IMG/VR virus record: IMGVR_UViG_3300015214_000024
Location: 329,787 to 393,786 of that record
DNA: 64,000 nt
Strand: one strand, 5' to 3'
Origin: a virus
Lineage: Duplodnaviria; Heunggongvirae; Uroviricota; Caudoviricetes
Part shown: positions 9,221 through 19,613 of the stretch, piece after piece
How the letters are laid out: each line of letters begins with the position of its first letter
Numbering within the stretch: position 1 is the stretch's first letter
Notes under the pieces: generated by a model
Databases searched by the model: none
What the model saw: the letters and a program-made list of their open reading frames with translations, nothing else
What the model was told of the DNA's origin: nothing
Position numbers and translations under genes: made by a program

Positions 9221-10339
9221 TTAGCCAAAAATTATGTAAGACCAAGTACCTGCAATTGTACCGTATGAGGACAAATCTACTGTAGTTGTGTTTGCATCGG
9301 TCAATGTAATAGTATCTGGAAGAATTTGCTGATTTGCTTCGTCATAAATTTGAATGAGTACTGAAGCAACATTCAAACTATGCGCAATTGCAAGTGTACC
9401 AGTTGTCAAATCACCATCAACAAACGTGCCACGAACCATACGTGAAGCAACAATTTGTGCTGGTGTAACTGTAACGTTATTAGTACCGTCATAGCTTGGG
9501 ATTGTAGTTGATGCACCAACTGATCCAGCAGTCAAACCAGCAATATCAAGAGCGACAGTTGGGTCACCAGCAACACCGTCACCATTAGTAACTGTCAGAC
9601 CTTCTTCACCAGCAGCGGTTGAAGCTGTGATTGTGCGTGAAGCATATGTATCGTCAGCAGTACGAACCACAAAGCCGTCAGCAGTAACACCATAAACAAC
9701 GTTAAGTGTGGTGAATGCATCGGTGAAAGTGGTGTAAGCTGGTGCTGAACTGTCTTCACTATCAAAAATAACAATTTGATCAGCTAAGACTGGAGCAGTC
9801 TTTTCTGTCATACTGTGATTTGAGAAAGAAATTGTCAACAAATCATTGTCAGCAACATCTGAAGCGACCGTAGTAATACCAACACCACCAGCAAAAGTTA
9901 GGGTGTCGTTTGTGATATCAGCCTGTGCCGTGCCAGTATCACCAGCAACGTTTACATAGCCAGTTAAAGGAACAGTTACCCAGGAAAGAGCACCTGAACC
10001 ATCAGTAGTCAAAACTTGGTTGCTTGAACCGTCAGCTGCTGGAAGAGTCCAAGTAACACTGCCAGCCATTGTGGAAGCAGCTTTGAAGCCGGCAAATTCC
10101 GTACCAGCATCATCATAAAATGCAAAAACAGATGCACCATTTGTTGTTGGTAGTATGGAAACCATACCGTCAACGCCAGTGCCGACGCCTGCACCTGGTT
10201 TAAATGTTAAACTACCACCGTCCGCATTGCCGGTATCAGCAGAGCCAAGCTCGAATGCCAAGGTATCTGCATTTACTGCATCAGTTGAACTACTGTGTGT
10301 AGTAACTATACCTTCAATTAATAAATTACCATATCTCAT
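9221..10339 (-). CDS. Tail fibre/virion structural protein
   Basis: TLPAADGSSNQVLTTDGSGALSW fibre motif; ATAAATA at 10380-10386 upstream. Confidence 0.7.
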   Translation of the reverse strand: MRYGNLLIEGIVTTHSSSTDAVNADTLAFELGSADTGNADGGSLTFKPGAGVGTGVDGMVSILPTTNGASVFAFYDDAGTEFAGFKAASTMAGSVTWTLPAADGSSNQVLTTDGSGALSWVTVPLTGYVNVAGDTGTAQADITNDTLTFAGGVGITTVASDVADNDLLTISFSNHSMTEKTAPVLADQIVIFDSEDSSAPAYTTFTDAFTTLNVVYGVTADGFVVRTADDTYASRTITASTAAGEEGLTVTNGDGVAGDPTVALDIAGLTAGSVGASTTIPSYDGTNNVTVTPAQIVASRMVRGTFVDGDLTTGTLAIAHSLNVASVLIQIYDEANQQILPDTITLTDANTTTVDLSSYGTIAGTWSYIIFG

Positions 10340-10395
10340 ATGAAAACCTCGCAAGAAAGAGAAAAACGTTCTTCAAGGATATTTATTTGAGATGC

Positions 10396-11418
10396 TTATT
10401 TCATTAAGTTATGAGGTAACTTCTTGCTTGCCAAATTGTGAATTACTGTTTTATCGTGATCCGGACGAACGTATTTTGCCATACAGGTTTTAAATTCAAA
10501 TAGTGAAAAACTATCAGCTGGTCTAATCACAGCACCTTCGTGTTTTTCAAAATCAATTTCCTGAATTGCTTTTTGTATTTTATCCTGATCCCATAGACCA
10601 TCATAAACAACCTCAACAGGTGTCAGATCAAGCAATTGAAAATATTCAAGTGTTTCATCCCAGGAAAGGCAAATATTTTTATCAGTCCAAATAGAATATC
10701 CATACAAGTAACTATCCAATTTGTCATAATGAATAGAATGTGTGCTATATAGATCTTCACCACAGACCCGCCATCCATCTGGAATATTCGCTTGAAACTG
10801 TGACCACAAGGCCTTCACTCTGCCACTAATTGGATGTGTTCTTTCATTGAAGGACCTACCGTGGATATAATCATTATACATAGTTACATTTGATCCGTCC
10901 ATTTTAATAGTAACTATTACCCGGCGGCCAGTGAACGATGAATAGTCTTTCAATACTCTATCATCTTTGCCAATACACCCACTCCACGGTAAATGGTAGG
11001 TCCTAGGATATTTTACATAATTGGTGAATTGTTCAAGCATTCCACCTTTGGCTAATATTTTTTGAACACTTGGGTCGTGGAAAAGCTCGCCCATAGTTCG
11101 GCGACCGTCTTCCATAATCAAATTTCCCCATTTATCATATTCATAATCTGGATAAAGATGATCAGGAATTATTTTATTTTTAATCCCACAAGCAGCCCGA
11201 ACTTCTTCTAAAGTGAATTCTGTCGTTTCACACATAATATGATGTTCTTCACAGACACTTGCGCCATTATCGAGAAAATAGCCGCCATTATCAAAAAGTC
11301 GACGTTCTATAATGTGATGAGCATCCTTCGCATCTTTACCACAAAAGACACATTTATAATTATCACGTGCGAATGTTCCTTCTCGGAATTCATCCCGAGT
11401 GAGCAATTTAGATTTCAT
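10396..11418 (-). CDS. HNH-domain / ATP-dependent RNA ligase fusion
   Basis: N-terminal RDNYKCVFC...AHHII...VCEEHH; ligase domain KYPRTYHLPWS, TIKMDGSN (motif I), EGAVIR, AKYVR. Confidence 0.8.
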   Translation of the reverse strand: MKSKLLTRDEFREGTFARDNYKCVFCGKDAKDAHHIIERRLFDNGGYFLDNGASVCEEHHIMCETTEFTLEEVRAACGIKNKIIPDHLYPDYEYDKWGNLIMEDGRRTMGELFHDPSVQKILAKGGMLEQFTNYVKYPRTYHLPWSGCIGKDDRVLKDYSSFTGRRVIVTIKMDGSNVTMYNDYIHGRSFNERTHPISGRVKALWSQFQANIPDGWRVCGEDLYSTHSIHYDKLDSYLYGYSIWTDKNICLSWDETLEYFQLLDLTPVEVVYDGLWDQDKIQKAIQEIDFEKHEGAVIRPADSFSLFEFKTCMAKYVRPDHDKTVIHNLASKKLPHNLMK

Positions 11419-11449
11419 TTTTATGTTATCCGTTAAGGATACCTTTCTT

Positions 11450-11764
11450 TTAACTTACCACCAAATGCCAATTTATAACAGAATCACCAAAAGATCGCAA
11501 GCTCAAAGTTAAGGTATTAGAATTTACTAAAAAAACTTCATCAGGCATAACCATCCGATCGTTCTCGTCGTATAAAGAAAATTGGACGTATTTTTGTCCT
11601 AAATCGTGCTCAATTATGACATTGCCATTAATATCAAGATCTGACAAATTGATAGTTTGACTATGGCGGATCTTTTGCCAAACGTTTTTAACGCCGTCAT
11701 AGGCGATCATTGACCCTGGGGCTGCTGATTGATTACTAATCTGTTTAATTCTAACTAAACTCAC
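11450..11764 (-). CDS. Small virion/fibre-associated protein
   Basis: IEHDLG...LYDE...PDEV domain shared with the fibre proteins at 7364 and 9221. Confidence 0.6.
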   Translation of the reverse strand: MSLVRIKQISNQSAAPGSMIAYDGVKNVWQKIRHSQTINLSDLDINGNVIIEHDLGQKYVQFSLYDENDRMVMPDEVFLVNSNTLTLSLRSFGDSVINWHLVVS

Positions 11765-11832
11765 GCACCCGCACGCCTTTCATTAAATGTTCATCTATTA
11801 CTTATTTTATCTGGGTAATTAATTTCTCAGTA

Positions 11833-13149
11833 TTAATAGAAATATGTCACTACTAGCTCATCATATTGATCAAGCTGATAGCCTGCCAGAACAGGATTAA
11901 AGGTCAACGTATGGGAAGTCATATCGAAAGTAAAGGCAGTTGAAGCAACACCATTTACATCAATTTCAACAAGTTCTTTCATATCATTAGGTACAGAAAA
12001 AACCGTTTGATTATCGGATGAAACTGATAATACAATATTAGTAAGTGTCAGGTTATTATTCGTTGGTGGTATATGAGTAATTTCAGCTACATTTGGCAAT
12101 GTAACACTTTCTGCTACATCGACGTTCTTAAAATCTAATCCAACATATTCTCCAACGAAAACCCCGTCGTGATAAACTTTAAGCATCGATGTATCCTCAT
12201 CAAACAAATGTGAAACTATACCGCCCAATAACGCTATACAATCATCTTCAATAATAAAATTTTCAACTGAATTACTTCTAAACGTCGAATTTAAATTTTT
12301 ATCTCTATTAATATACTGACTTAAATAATTCTTTTTATATTTACCACCTACGTAATTGTATAAAATAAAACACGAATCATTATATCTAAAAATCTTATCA
12401 TTATCGGCAGATCCGCCAGTCAAAGCGGTCTGAAATGATGCAGTTTCACCCATCGCCCAATGATTATCAGTATATTCATAAACTGTCACATCATCTACTT
12501 TAAACCAAAATTTGTTTAAGGACTTGCTTGGTTCATTTTTTGACACCACTATGGATGAATTCTGCAATGAAACATATTCTTCCAAAGCAGTCCACGAAAA
12601 GGCATTTTTAACGTAAATTTCCATTTGGTTATTTTGAAGTACGCCCCATACGGATTTACTAAAGCCGTCGTTTATTCCTGGCATCTTTTCAGTAATTTTG
12701 AAATCGTTCATAGGCAACCATCCCAATACGGATGGTGCTATTTCAACGCATTGATATAGGGCAAATCCCTTGTCGTAAAATTCATAAGGATTTAATGAAT
12801 ATTGACCCTCATCGGGCATCAATTTTGGGAATAATGTGGAATTTTCTATGGCCTGCGTTAAGCTAGTTCTGTTCCAAGGATTGCTATAACGAGCGACGCC
12901 AAATAAAGCTTGGTATAATGTTCTGGGAGAATCATCATAAGCATCAAGATACCTTGAAAAGCTAACATTTGGTATTTGTCGTAAGGCTGGTGCCTCATAT
13001 AATATTTCAGCACTTTCGGATATAATTGTTTTCAAGTATTCATAATTCTCTGATCCAATTGTGCCATTTGATGGTAAAACATCAAGTCCAGTTGTAACCA
13101 GAAAGAAAACAATGTTCTGACCAGGACCCAAATCACCATCACATATCAT
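11833..13149 (-). CDS. Putative virion structural protein
   Basis: 438 aa, coupled to upstream gene; C-terminal QTVFSV...VNGV...DELVVTY Ig-like beta-sandwich. Confidence 0.5.
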   Translation of the reverse strand: MICDGDLGPGQNIVFFLVTTGLDVLPSNGTIGSENYEYLKTIISESAEILYEAPALRQIPNVSFSRYLDAYDDSPRTLYQALFGVARYSNPWNRTSLTQAIENSTLFPKLMPDEGQYSLNPYEFYDKGFALYQCVEIAPSVLGWLPMNDFKITEKMPGINDGFSKSVWGVLQNNQMEIYVKNAFSWTALEEYVSLQNSSIVVSKNEPSKSLNKFWFKVDDVTVYEYTDNHWAMGETASFQTALTGGSADNDKIFRYNDSCFILYNYVGGKYKKNYLSQYINRDKNLNSTFRSNSVENFIIEDDCIALLGGIVSHLFDEDTSMLKVYHDGVFVGEYVGLDFKNVDVAESVTLPNVAEITHIPPTNNNLTLTNIVLSVSSDNQTVFSVPNDMKELVEIDVNGVASTAFTFDMTSHTLTFNPVLAGYQLDQYDELVVTYFY

Positions 13150-16097
13150 AAACCAAATCCTAAATTCAAAACTGTCCCACTTACTGTCTTATTTTCAGCC
13201 ACAATATTATTTGTGCCAAGATATAAACTTCCGCCTACATCTTGATTAATAACCGTATTGTAAGTAGACGAATTAGTGATTAATGTAGTAACTATTGTTT
13301 TGCCACCAGTAATTCTAAAAATAGAATTTTGCGTGTTTGCAGCATCAATATTGTGAATTATTACATTACCACCACTTATATTAAATGATGCTGACGAATT
13401 GTCAATATATTGTTTTACACCATTAATATAAAGTGATCCAGAACCAATGACGACGTTCTCAAGTAGCTCACAGGACCATAATTCTAATGATCCGCCAGCT
13501 ATAGTTATCACACCATTGATTTTCGAATTTCTTATAATCATTTTACCACTATTAACTGTAATATCACCGTTAATAGTCATATTCTCGAAATGAACTTCAT
13601 CATCAGCCAAAGTTAAATTAACAATAGTTGGAGAATTTAGTTTAATATCTCTCCAAAGTGTTTCGTGAACCATTCCAGATGATGCACTTTCCATAATCAA
13701 ATTTGGTATGGTAGTAGGCATTTGAACTATAACATTTTCCGAAGCCCCAGTACCAATTAAATTAATTCCTGGCTTGAATTCGAAATTATCGTGAAGTATG
13801 AATTGTGCAATCGCTCCCGGAGTAATGTAAATTGACGAATCATATCCAAAAGTGCTTTCAGTAATGCCCATATAGATGTCATTTAATTCATCAACATTGT
13901 CAACATAGTATAAACGCGAAGGTCGAATTATCGCTTGACCTAATAGCTCATCAATTTTTTCAATATGATCAGTCAACACTGATGTGGATGAATATGAAGA
14001 AGCAATATATTCTACGTGAACTTGATCACTTGAAATTGAATCTAAATCACCAGTTCCATTTAAGGTATTGTTTGATCCTATATCATTTATACCAAGTTGA
14101 TAAGGACTGTCACCAGTTTTTTCAATCTTACCATAAGTACCATCATCTTGCTTTGTAGAAACAAGGTTCAAGTATAGGAAATTGTTTCCACTATTATCAG
14201 CGGTATCAGTGATGGATTCTCCTGAACCATCCGCATCAATTTGCCCAACATTGACTACTGACAAATAGCCTGCACTATGCTCAATATGTCCAACAACCGC
14301 ACTATCACGTATATAGGTTTTTGATCCAACCCCATCAATTATGAAATTAGCTTGTGGTGAATTGATTCCACGTATTACTAACTTGTGCCCTGATGTGTCT
14401 GAATTGTAAAGATTTGCTGCCCAGTTACTGTCAATAATTTCACTATCAGCAGATAATTCAAGAATATTAATTGCTGAATCGGGAGATATGAAGTTTGAAT
14501 TGTATAATTTAAACGAGCCATTGTTGACCATAAAAGCTGAAGTTGATGAATATACATTGATATGGTCAGTAATTAACATCGCCCCGTTGGTTATTTGAAT
14601 TTCCGAATCAGTAAAGGTTGCATCAGCAAAGCCTATGATCTTCAAATCTTTATCAACAATAACGTTTTCACCGTCATATGATCCAGATGCTACTATAATT
14701 GTTTGATCAGCTTGTGCCTGCGTGACTGCATATTCCAAAGTTTGATATGGTCTATTGTAGGATCCAGTGTTCGAGTTACTACCATTTTCGGCAACCCATA
14801 TTACATTATCCAATGATGAGACCGCCTGCCCCAATACTGCATCAATTCCAACTAAATGTGATGTTATGGATGCTTCACGAACATCACGCTTTTCAAGTGG
14901 ATTATTAGGTATATTATAATTCGTTGGATTGTAGAATGATGAAAGATCAGATGCTTCAGTGACAAAATATGCTCGTGATCCCATTAGTACGTCAGCTTGA
15001 GCATCTCTGCCCACATTATTAATGACCCAATCACAATCTCCAGTTTTGTTAATATAACTCCATCCAGTCACTTGCTTGAATGAAACATTGTCAATTAACA
15101 ACAAACCAGTATCAGAAGTTGATCTAATACTATTGTTGGTGCCAATTGTGGAATTGTCATCATCATAATCAAAAGTTGGCGCATTGCGTATTTCAACATC
15201 ACCACCAACGTGATCAATCATTGGGGCCTTAATTGCTGAATGTATAATTAACGAAGTGTAAGTTGAAACCAATCCACCATCCGAATCAGTATTGTATAGT
15301 TCCGCAGGACCATTTGCAGAAATATGAGTTTTAATCAAAGTATTCTTTAAAATCAACAAGCCAATACCAGTCACACCATTTTGATCTTCACGAGTTAATG
15401 ATCCAGAATCAATGGTTACTGTTCCGTTATTGATTAAAATTTCATCAACGTTGTTTTCAAACTTGATACCAGTTGCTTTAACCGAAGTATTTAAAGCAGT
15501 AGTCATTTTACCAAAAATAGTAACGTCAGCATCGTCAATAGCTAGAAAAGTTATCGACTTGGATACTGTCAAGTCCTCAGAATACGTGCCTGCGTAAATG
15601 ACAATAGTATCGCCATCATCAACTACGATGTTTGCTTCATTAATTGTTTTAAATGGCGCCTCTTTTGATCCATCACCAGTTGTGGCAACTGATTGATCAA
15701 CATAATAGGTAAGACCGGCTTGAGAATTAGATATTCCTGGGACTTTATACCAAACTAAATGACCATTACCATCAGTACCTAATAAATCACCAGCATCGCC
15801 ATCATTATCTGGAAATTGTAGCCCATTTAAAATTAAATGACCACCAATACCGGGTTGTATTATTATATCCTGCCCAGCATTGGATATGATGCTATATCCA
15901 TTTAAATTTAAATCGCCACCAAGCGTAGGGTCAGGATCAAGTCCAATATCGATAGTGCCACCAGGGCCTGTTCCAGTTAAGCCGATAATGACAGAATGTC
16001 GATCCTCACTGTATTCCAGACTTACACCAGTATCGGCTTCGAGCCATTTTGTTGTTGAGGAACCGGTGAAAATATCAAATAGACTTATCTTGGCCAT
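13146..16097 (-). CDS. Large beta-helix (pectin-lyase-like) virion/tailspike protein
   Basis: 983 aa; DPDPTLGGDLNLNG fibre motif; two GS...P(F/Y)xT...A...GxY beta-helix starts. Confidence 0.65.
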   Translation of the reverse strand: MAKISLFDIFTGSSTTKWLEADTGVSLEYSEDRHSVIIGLTGTGPGGTIDIGLDPDPTLGGDLNLNGYSIISNAGQDIIIQPGIGGHLILNGLQFPDNDGDAGDLLGTDGNGHLVWYKVPGISNSQAGLTYYVDQSVATTGDGSKEAPFKTINEANIVVDDGDTIVIYAGTYSEDLTVSKSITFLAIDDADVTIFGKMTTALNTSVKATGIKFENNVDEILINNGTVTIDSGSLTREDQNGVTGIGLLILKNTLIKTHISANGPAELYNTDSDGGLVSTYTSLIIHSAIKAPMIDHVGGDVEIRNAPTFDYDDDNSTIGTNNSIRSTSDTGLLLIDNVSFKQVTGWSYINKTGDCDWVINNVGRDAQADVLMGSRAYFVTEASDLSSFYNPTNYNIPNNPLEKRDVREASITSHLVGIDAVLGQAVSSLDNVIWVAENGSNSNTGSYNRPYQTLEYAVTQAQADQTIIVASGSYDGENVIVDKDLKIIGFADATFTDSEIQITNGAMLITDHINVYSSTSAFMVNNGSFKLYNSNFISPDSAINILELSADSEIIDSNWAANLYNSDTSGHKLVIRGINSPQANFIIDGVGSKTYIRDSAVVGHIEHSAGYLSVVNVGQIDADGSGESITDTADNSGNNFLYLNLVSTKQDDGTYGKIEKTGDSPYQLGINDIGSNNTLNGTGDLDSISSDQVHVEYIASSYSSTSVLTDHIEKIDELLGQAIIRPSRLYYVDNVDELNDIYMGITESTFGYDSSIYITPGAIAQFILHDNFEFKPGINLIGTGASENVIVQMPTTIPNLIMESASSGMVHETLWRDIKLNSPTIVNLTLADDEVHFENMTINGDITVNSGKMIIRNSKINGVITIAGGSLELWSCELLENVVIGSGSLYINGVKQYIDNSSASFNISGGNVIIHNIDAANTQNSIFRITGGKTIVTTLITNSSTYNTVINQDVGGSLYLGTNNIVAENKTVSGTVLNLGFGL

Positions 16098-16153
16098 GAA
16101 TTTATCCTACGTGTAAATTTACCAACTATTTAGTCAGATCTTATAGGTGATAG

Positions 16154-16183
16154 AAAAACCCCGGAGGATTTTGTCCTCCGGGG
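16154..16183 (-). terminator. Rho-independent terminator
   Basis: ccccggagga-ttttg-tcctccgggg perfect 10-bp stem followed by T5 on minus strand. Confidence 0.85.
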
Positions 16184-16215
16184 CCGTATTCTTTTTCTAA
16201 AACTCTAATTAAAAA

Positions 16216-16644
16216 TTAGATAGTTTCTGCGGCAGTTACAGCAACTGAAATAGTACCAGCATCAATACTTGCTGCCTTTACAATAGCTGCTTCCAAAGCA
16301 TCAGACAAAACTGCTTGCTTTGTATCACCAGTATCTTTTGCTTCCTTGAAGCCAGCTACACGATTGGTAGCAAAGCGGAAACTTAGGTCACCTGGTGCCA
16401 ATGCGCCCAAGATGATTGGGGTTTCAAACATTTCGATAGTTTCAACAAGAACGTCGAAAAGAGTCTTGTTAACATCGACGTCAAAAGTTCCGCCAACGCT
16501 ACCATCAAAACCAGTTGTTGGTACGCCTTCTTTTAGAGTTAAAGCTGAGTTAGCGCCGCTGAAAGTTGCGGTTACTGTGAAAAACTGATTGTCACCGCCA
16601 ACAAATTCAGCGCCAGCTACTTGACCGTTTACTTTAGTTGTCAT
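16216..16644 (-). CDS. Probably abundant virion structural protein
   Basis: Own late promoter (16720-16726), AGGAG RBS and strong terminator; Ala/Thr/Val-rich. Confidence 0.55.
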   Translation of the reverse strand: MTTKVNGQVAGAEFVGGDNQFFTVTATFSGANSALTLKEGVPTTGFDGSVGGTFDVDVNKTLFDVLVETIEMFETPIILGALAPGDLSFRFATNRVAGFKEAKDTGDTKQAVLSDALEAAIVKAASIDAGTISVAVTAAETI

Positions 16645-16743
16645 TTTGGAGTATCTCCTGTTTATATTAACTATTAGAAATCCAATCCTGCAGGATATGT
16701 TTTAGTGATTTCTTCTTATTATTTATGATTTTAGTGATAAGAA

Positions 16744-16905
16744 TTACTTTTTACCCTTTTTCTTTTTAGGTTTTGGCGGATTTTCACCATAAACTGAGCG
16801 TCTTATCACTTCGCCCGAGCCAAGCGGCATTGCCACCGAGGCAATAGCACCAGATGCCGTCGCGCCGGCAGACGCATTTTCCTGTATAATTTCATTTATT
16901 TTCAT
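16744..16905 (-). CDS. Small hypothetical protein (MKINEIIQENASAGATASG...)
   Basis: Capsid-targeting-like leader, Ala/Ser/Gly core, basic tail. Confidence 0.6.
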   Translation of the reverse strand: MKINEIIQENASAGATASGAIASVAMPLGSGEVIRRSVYGENPPKPKKKKGKK

Positions 16906-17563
16906 TTTTCTTTGGTCTCCCTGGGCCTCTTGATGTCTTATAAGCATCTTTATTATTGTCCAAATCAGGATCTTCCAATTTTGCCTTTTTAGCCACCGTT
17001 TCTAATATTGGCAATATATCTGCCTTACCAACATAAGAACGAAAGCTTTGTATTAATCGTGTAAAAACTAAAACCTTATCAGTTTCTGATTCAAATTCCC
17101 ACTCACCACACAGACGGCGGATAGATTTTAAAGTAGTATCACTGACCTTCAATTGATTTTCTGCGTATAATAAAAATCTGCGATCAAATTCAACATTTTG
17201 CTGGCCCTTGATAGCCTGGTTAACGAATGTACGAAGAGTTGGCATATTGAAGGTCAAAGACTGAATAAAATGTTTACTCTCTTCAGGGTCTTTAAATTTT
17301 ACTTGTTCAGCCGCTCTATCACTAAAAAGTAAATTGATTAAAACGTCCAAGTCATTACCCTTTAAAGATCCATCGGCCTGCAATCTACTGCCACCCAAAT
17401 AGTCAGCGATGGCTGATGCGCCATAAAATTCCGATTTCAATATCCTAATAGCACACAAGTAGGCAAAGAAGATATTTGCAAAATCCCTCGCAGTATATTT
17501 GCTTGTGCCAAAAATATTCTTATTCAAAATATTCGCTTCAGTGATTGAATTCAAGAATTCCAT
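16892..17563 (-). CDS. Hypothetical (probable virion) protein
   Basis: 223 aa; AGAGG RBS; leader MEFLNSITE. Confidence 0.55.
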   Translation of the reverse strand: MEFLNSITEANILNKNIFGTSKYTARDFANIFFAYLCAIRILKSEFYGASAIADYLGGSRLQADGSLKGNDLDVLINLLFSDRAAEQVKFKDPEESKHFIQSLTFNMPTLRTFVNQAIKGQQNVEFDRRFLLYAENQLKVSDTTLKSIRRLCGEWEFESETDKVLVFTRLIQSFRSYVGKADILPILETVAKKAKLEDPDLDNNKDAYKTSRGPGRPKKNENK

Positions 17564-17580
17564 AATATTTCCTCTTTATT

Positions 17581-18435
17581 TTATTTACTGGTTTCGAGGA
17601 TTTCTTTAAAACGCTTTTCAATATTTTGCTGCATTTCTGCTGAATAGTTTTCTGAAATGGCCAATCTAAATGCCTCAACGGTATCATATTCATCAACATT
17701 GAAAGTTGATTTAGGGAAGAAATAGTCAATTATCTCATATGGGTTCACTAATGCTCTAACTGGCAATCGAATATCTCTACCATAAAGCTTTTTAAATTCT
17801 TCTTTGGTGATTTTTTTAATCTGTTTTACCCTACCACTACCATTTTTCTTTTTAGGATGGTGTCGGTATTCAAATGTTATACCCTTATGGCGGTCAAGTT
17901 TCGGTCCTGCAAAAGCTACAGGAATTCCATCTTCGTTTATGACTTCTCTCAATGATTGAGTCAAAGCTGATATATAGAAATTCCTATAAAATCCCTTGTT
18001 GTATTCTGTCCGATGTGACGGATCTGGTGAAGCAAACATAAATTTCAAAACTTCATAATCGCCCAAGATGAAATCAACCTGAACGTTGTGATTACTGCGA
18101 AGCTGATATAAAAGAGAGACAATCTTTAAGGACGCTCTTGCTCGAACCTCCATTGTGGGGAAACTTTTCTTTAAAAGCTCTTCAATAGTGGCCAAATCAA
18201 TAGCTTCATCGCCGGATGATTTTGATACGGCAATGTCAATATCACCCATAATATCTTTCTTACCCAACTGTCCATCTAAGCACATTGATGAACTCCCAAG
18301 AGTCCGTTCACGTATAGATGGATTGGCAAACATACCGTGGTGGCCAAGCCTTGACTCCAAATCATTGATAATTATCTCAAGCTCATTTCGGGTTACTGGA
18401 CCTATGTTGTCCACGTGAAACATATTACCACTCAT
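17581..18435 (-). CDS. DNA polymerase beta-superfamily nucleotidyltransferase
   Basis: LGS...GDIDIAV...VQVDFI motif triad. Confidence 0.75.
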   Translation of the reverse strand: MSGNMFHVDNIGPVTRNELEIIINDLESRLGHHGMFANPSIRERTLGSSSMCLDGQLGKKDIMGDIDIAVSKSSGDEAIDLATIEELLKKSFPTMEVRARASLKIVSLLYQLRSNHNVQVDFILGDYEVLKFMFASPDPSHRTEYNKGFYRNFYISALTQSLREVINEDGIPVAFAGPKLDRHKGITFEYRHHPKKKNGSGRVKQIKKITKEEFKKLYGRDIRLPVRALVNPYEIIDYFFPKSTFNVDEYDTVEAFRLAISENYSAEMQQNIEKRFKEILETSK

Positions 18436-19565
18436 ATATAACCTCCCTGAAGGGCATTAAGACCAATTGACGAATGATTTGGCTTTTCAGCCGCAGACTC
18501 AACACACAAATCAATAAAATGTATTTTATCCTTGGCTGTTGAAAAAGCATCTAAATTGCGCTGATGAGTATATTCATCAATATAGCATTTACCATATGGA
18601 GTTTCAATAAACATAGACTTATATGATGAAAGATAATCATCTTCCATATCATTAACCATTTTGAGATACTTCCCAACAATAGCCTTAATAATGATATAGT
18701 TTCGGTTAAAAAACATACTGTCATTGAGAGAGATTAGTTGACTCCAAGTTGGATTACTTAAAACCCATCGTTTTTTCTGACTAGTTGCGAGCGGACCGCA
18801 CGAATAGTGAGTTGCAATTTCAGATATCAATTCCTGATAAATTCCGCCCGTTGAGGCAACTCCAGGCTTGGGCGCACTAAGCTTCTTGCGTATTTCGTGC
18901 AAGAACTTATTCATAATCGTAAATCGGTCTTTGTTGACCAATTTATAAATCATATCACCGTTTTTAAAGACTAAACCTTCAATCCAACTATCAGGATTGT
19001 TGGTGCCATATTGGCTTGGAATATCAAGCAATGTCTTTTTCATTTGAACCAGGGCTTCGGATCGACTCAAACCCTGCTTAAACAGCGCCTGAACAGCGTC
19101 ATAATCAATTTTGTATGGACGATTCATTTTAAAAGACCAAGTTCCGTGATTTGAAACGTCAATAGTCTCAGTATTAATGCTTAAGGATCCAGATTCAACA
19201 CACAAAACAATCATCTGATGTTCATCATATGGAACAACATTTGTCACTGGAGTATCGATAATTTCAATCTCAACTTCAGTGCCGGCTTTCATAGAAATGG
19301 CGCCAGTTTGAACAAAACTGTGAATCACTTCCATATATTTGGCAAAATGCTTACCTAAAATATGTCTAGCCTCATATATAGTCCGGCCAGGTTTTCTCCC
19401 ATCCTTCTTATCCCTGGACATATAAAGGACGCCATTTTCGTCTAATCCGAACGAAAGATTGGACCCATCAACCTTTTCGGTTACTTCAAATTTACCAATA
19501 TTATCAATGAAATATTGAAACTCGTCGTCCTTTATTTTTTCATCACATAGGTGCCTAATGCCCAT
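18432..19565 (-). CDS. RNA-ligase-like (ATP-dependent covalent nucleotidyltransferase) protein
   Basis: TEKVDGSN motif I, EGLVFK, YKLVNK; start placed at MGIRHL downstream of a hairpin. Confidence 0.7.
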   Translation of the reverse strand: MGIRHLCDEKIKDDEFQYFIDNIGKFEVTEKVDGSNLSFGLDENGVLYMSRDKKDGRKPGRTIYEARHILGKHFAKYMEVIHSFVQTGAISMKAGTEVEIEIIDTPVTNVVPYDEHQMIVLCVESGSLSINTETIDVSNHGTWSFKMNRPYKIDYDAVQALFKQGLSRSEALVQMKKTLLDIPSQYGTNNPDSWIEGLVFKNGDMIYKLVNKDRFTIMNKFLHEIRKKLSAPKPGVASTGGIYQELISEIATHYSCGPLATSQKKRWVLSNPTWSQLISLNDSMFFNRNYIIIKAIVGKYLKMVNDMEDDYLSSYKSMFIETPYGKCYIDEYTHQRNLDAFSTAKDKIHFIDLCVESAAEKPNHSSIGLNALQGGYI

Positions 19566-19566
19566 A

Positions 19567-19613
19567 AAAAATCCCGTATTGAGTGAAATAGTAACTCTCA
19601 ATACAGGATTTTT
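19567..19613 (-). promoter_or_regulatory. Hairpin/terminator overlapping the RBS of the ligase-like gene
   Basis: aaaaatcccgtattgag ... ctcaatacaggattttt near-perfect inverted repeat ending at the ATG; TTGACA on minus strand at 19621-19626. Confidence 0.55.

Noticed and set aside
7722-9224. Several + strand ORFs of 60-180 aa antisense to fibre genes (also at 39636-40166, 45314-45592, 60526-60828 and elsewhere)
   Set aside because: Shadow frames of real minus-strand genes; no RBS, promoter or recognisable motifs
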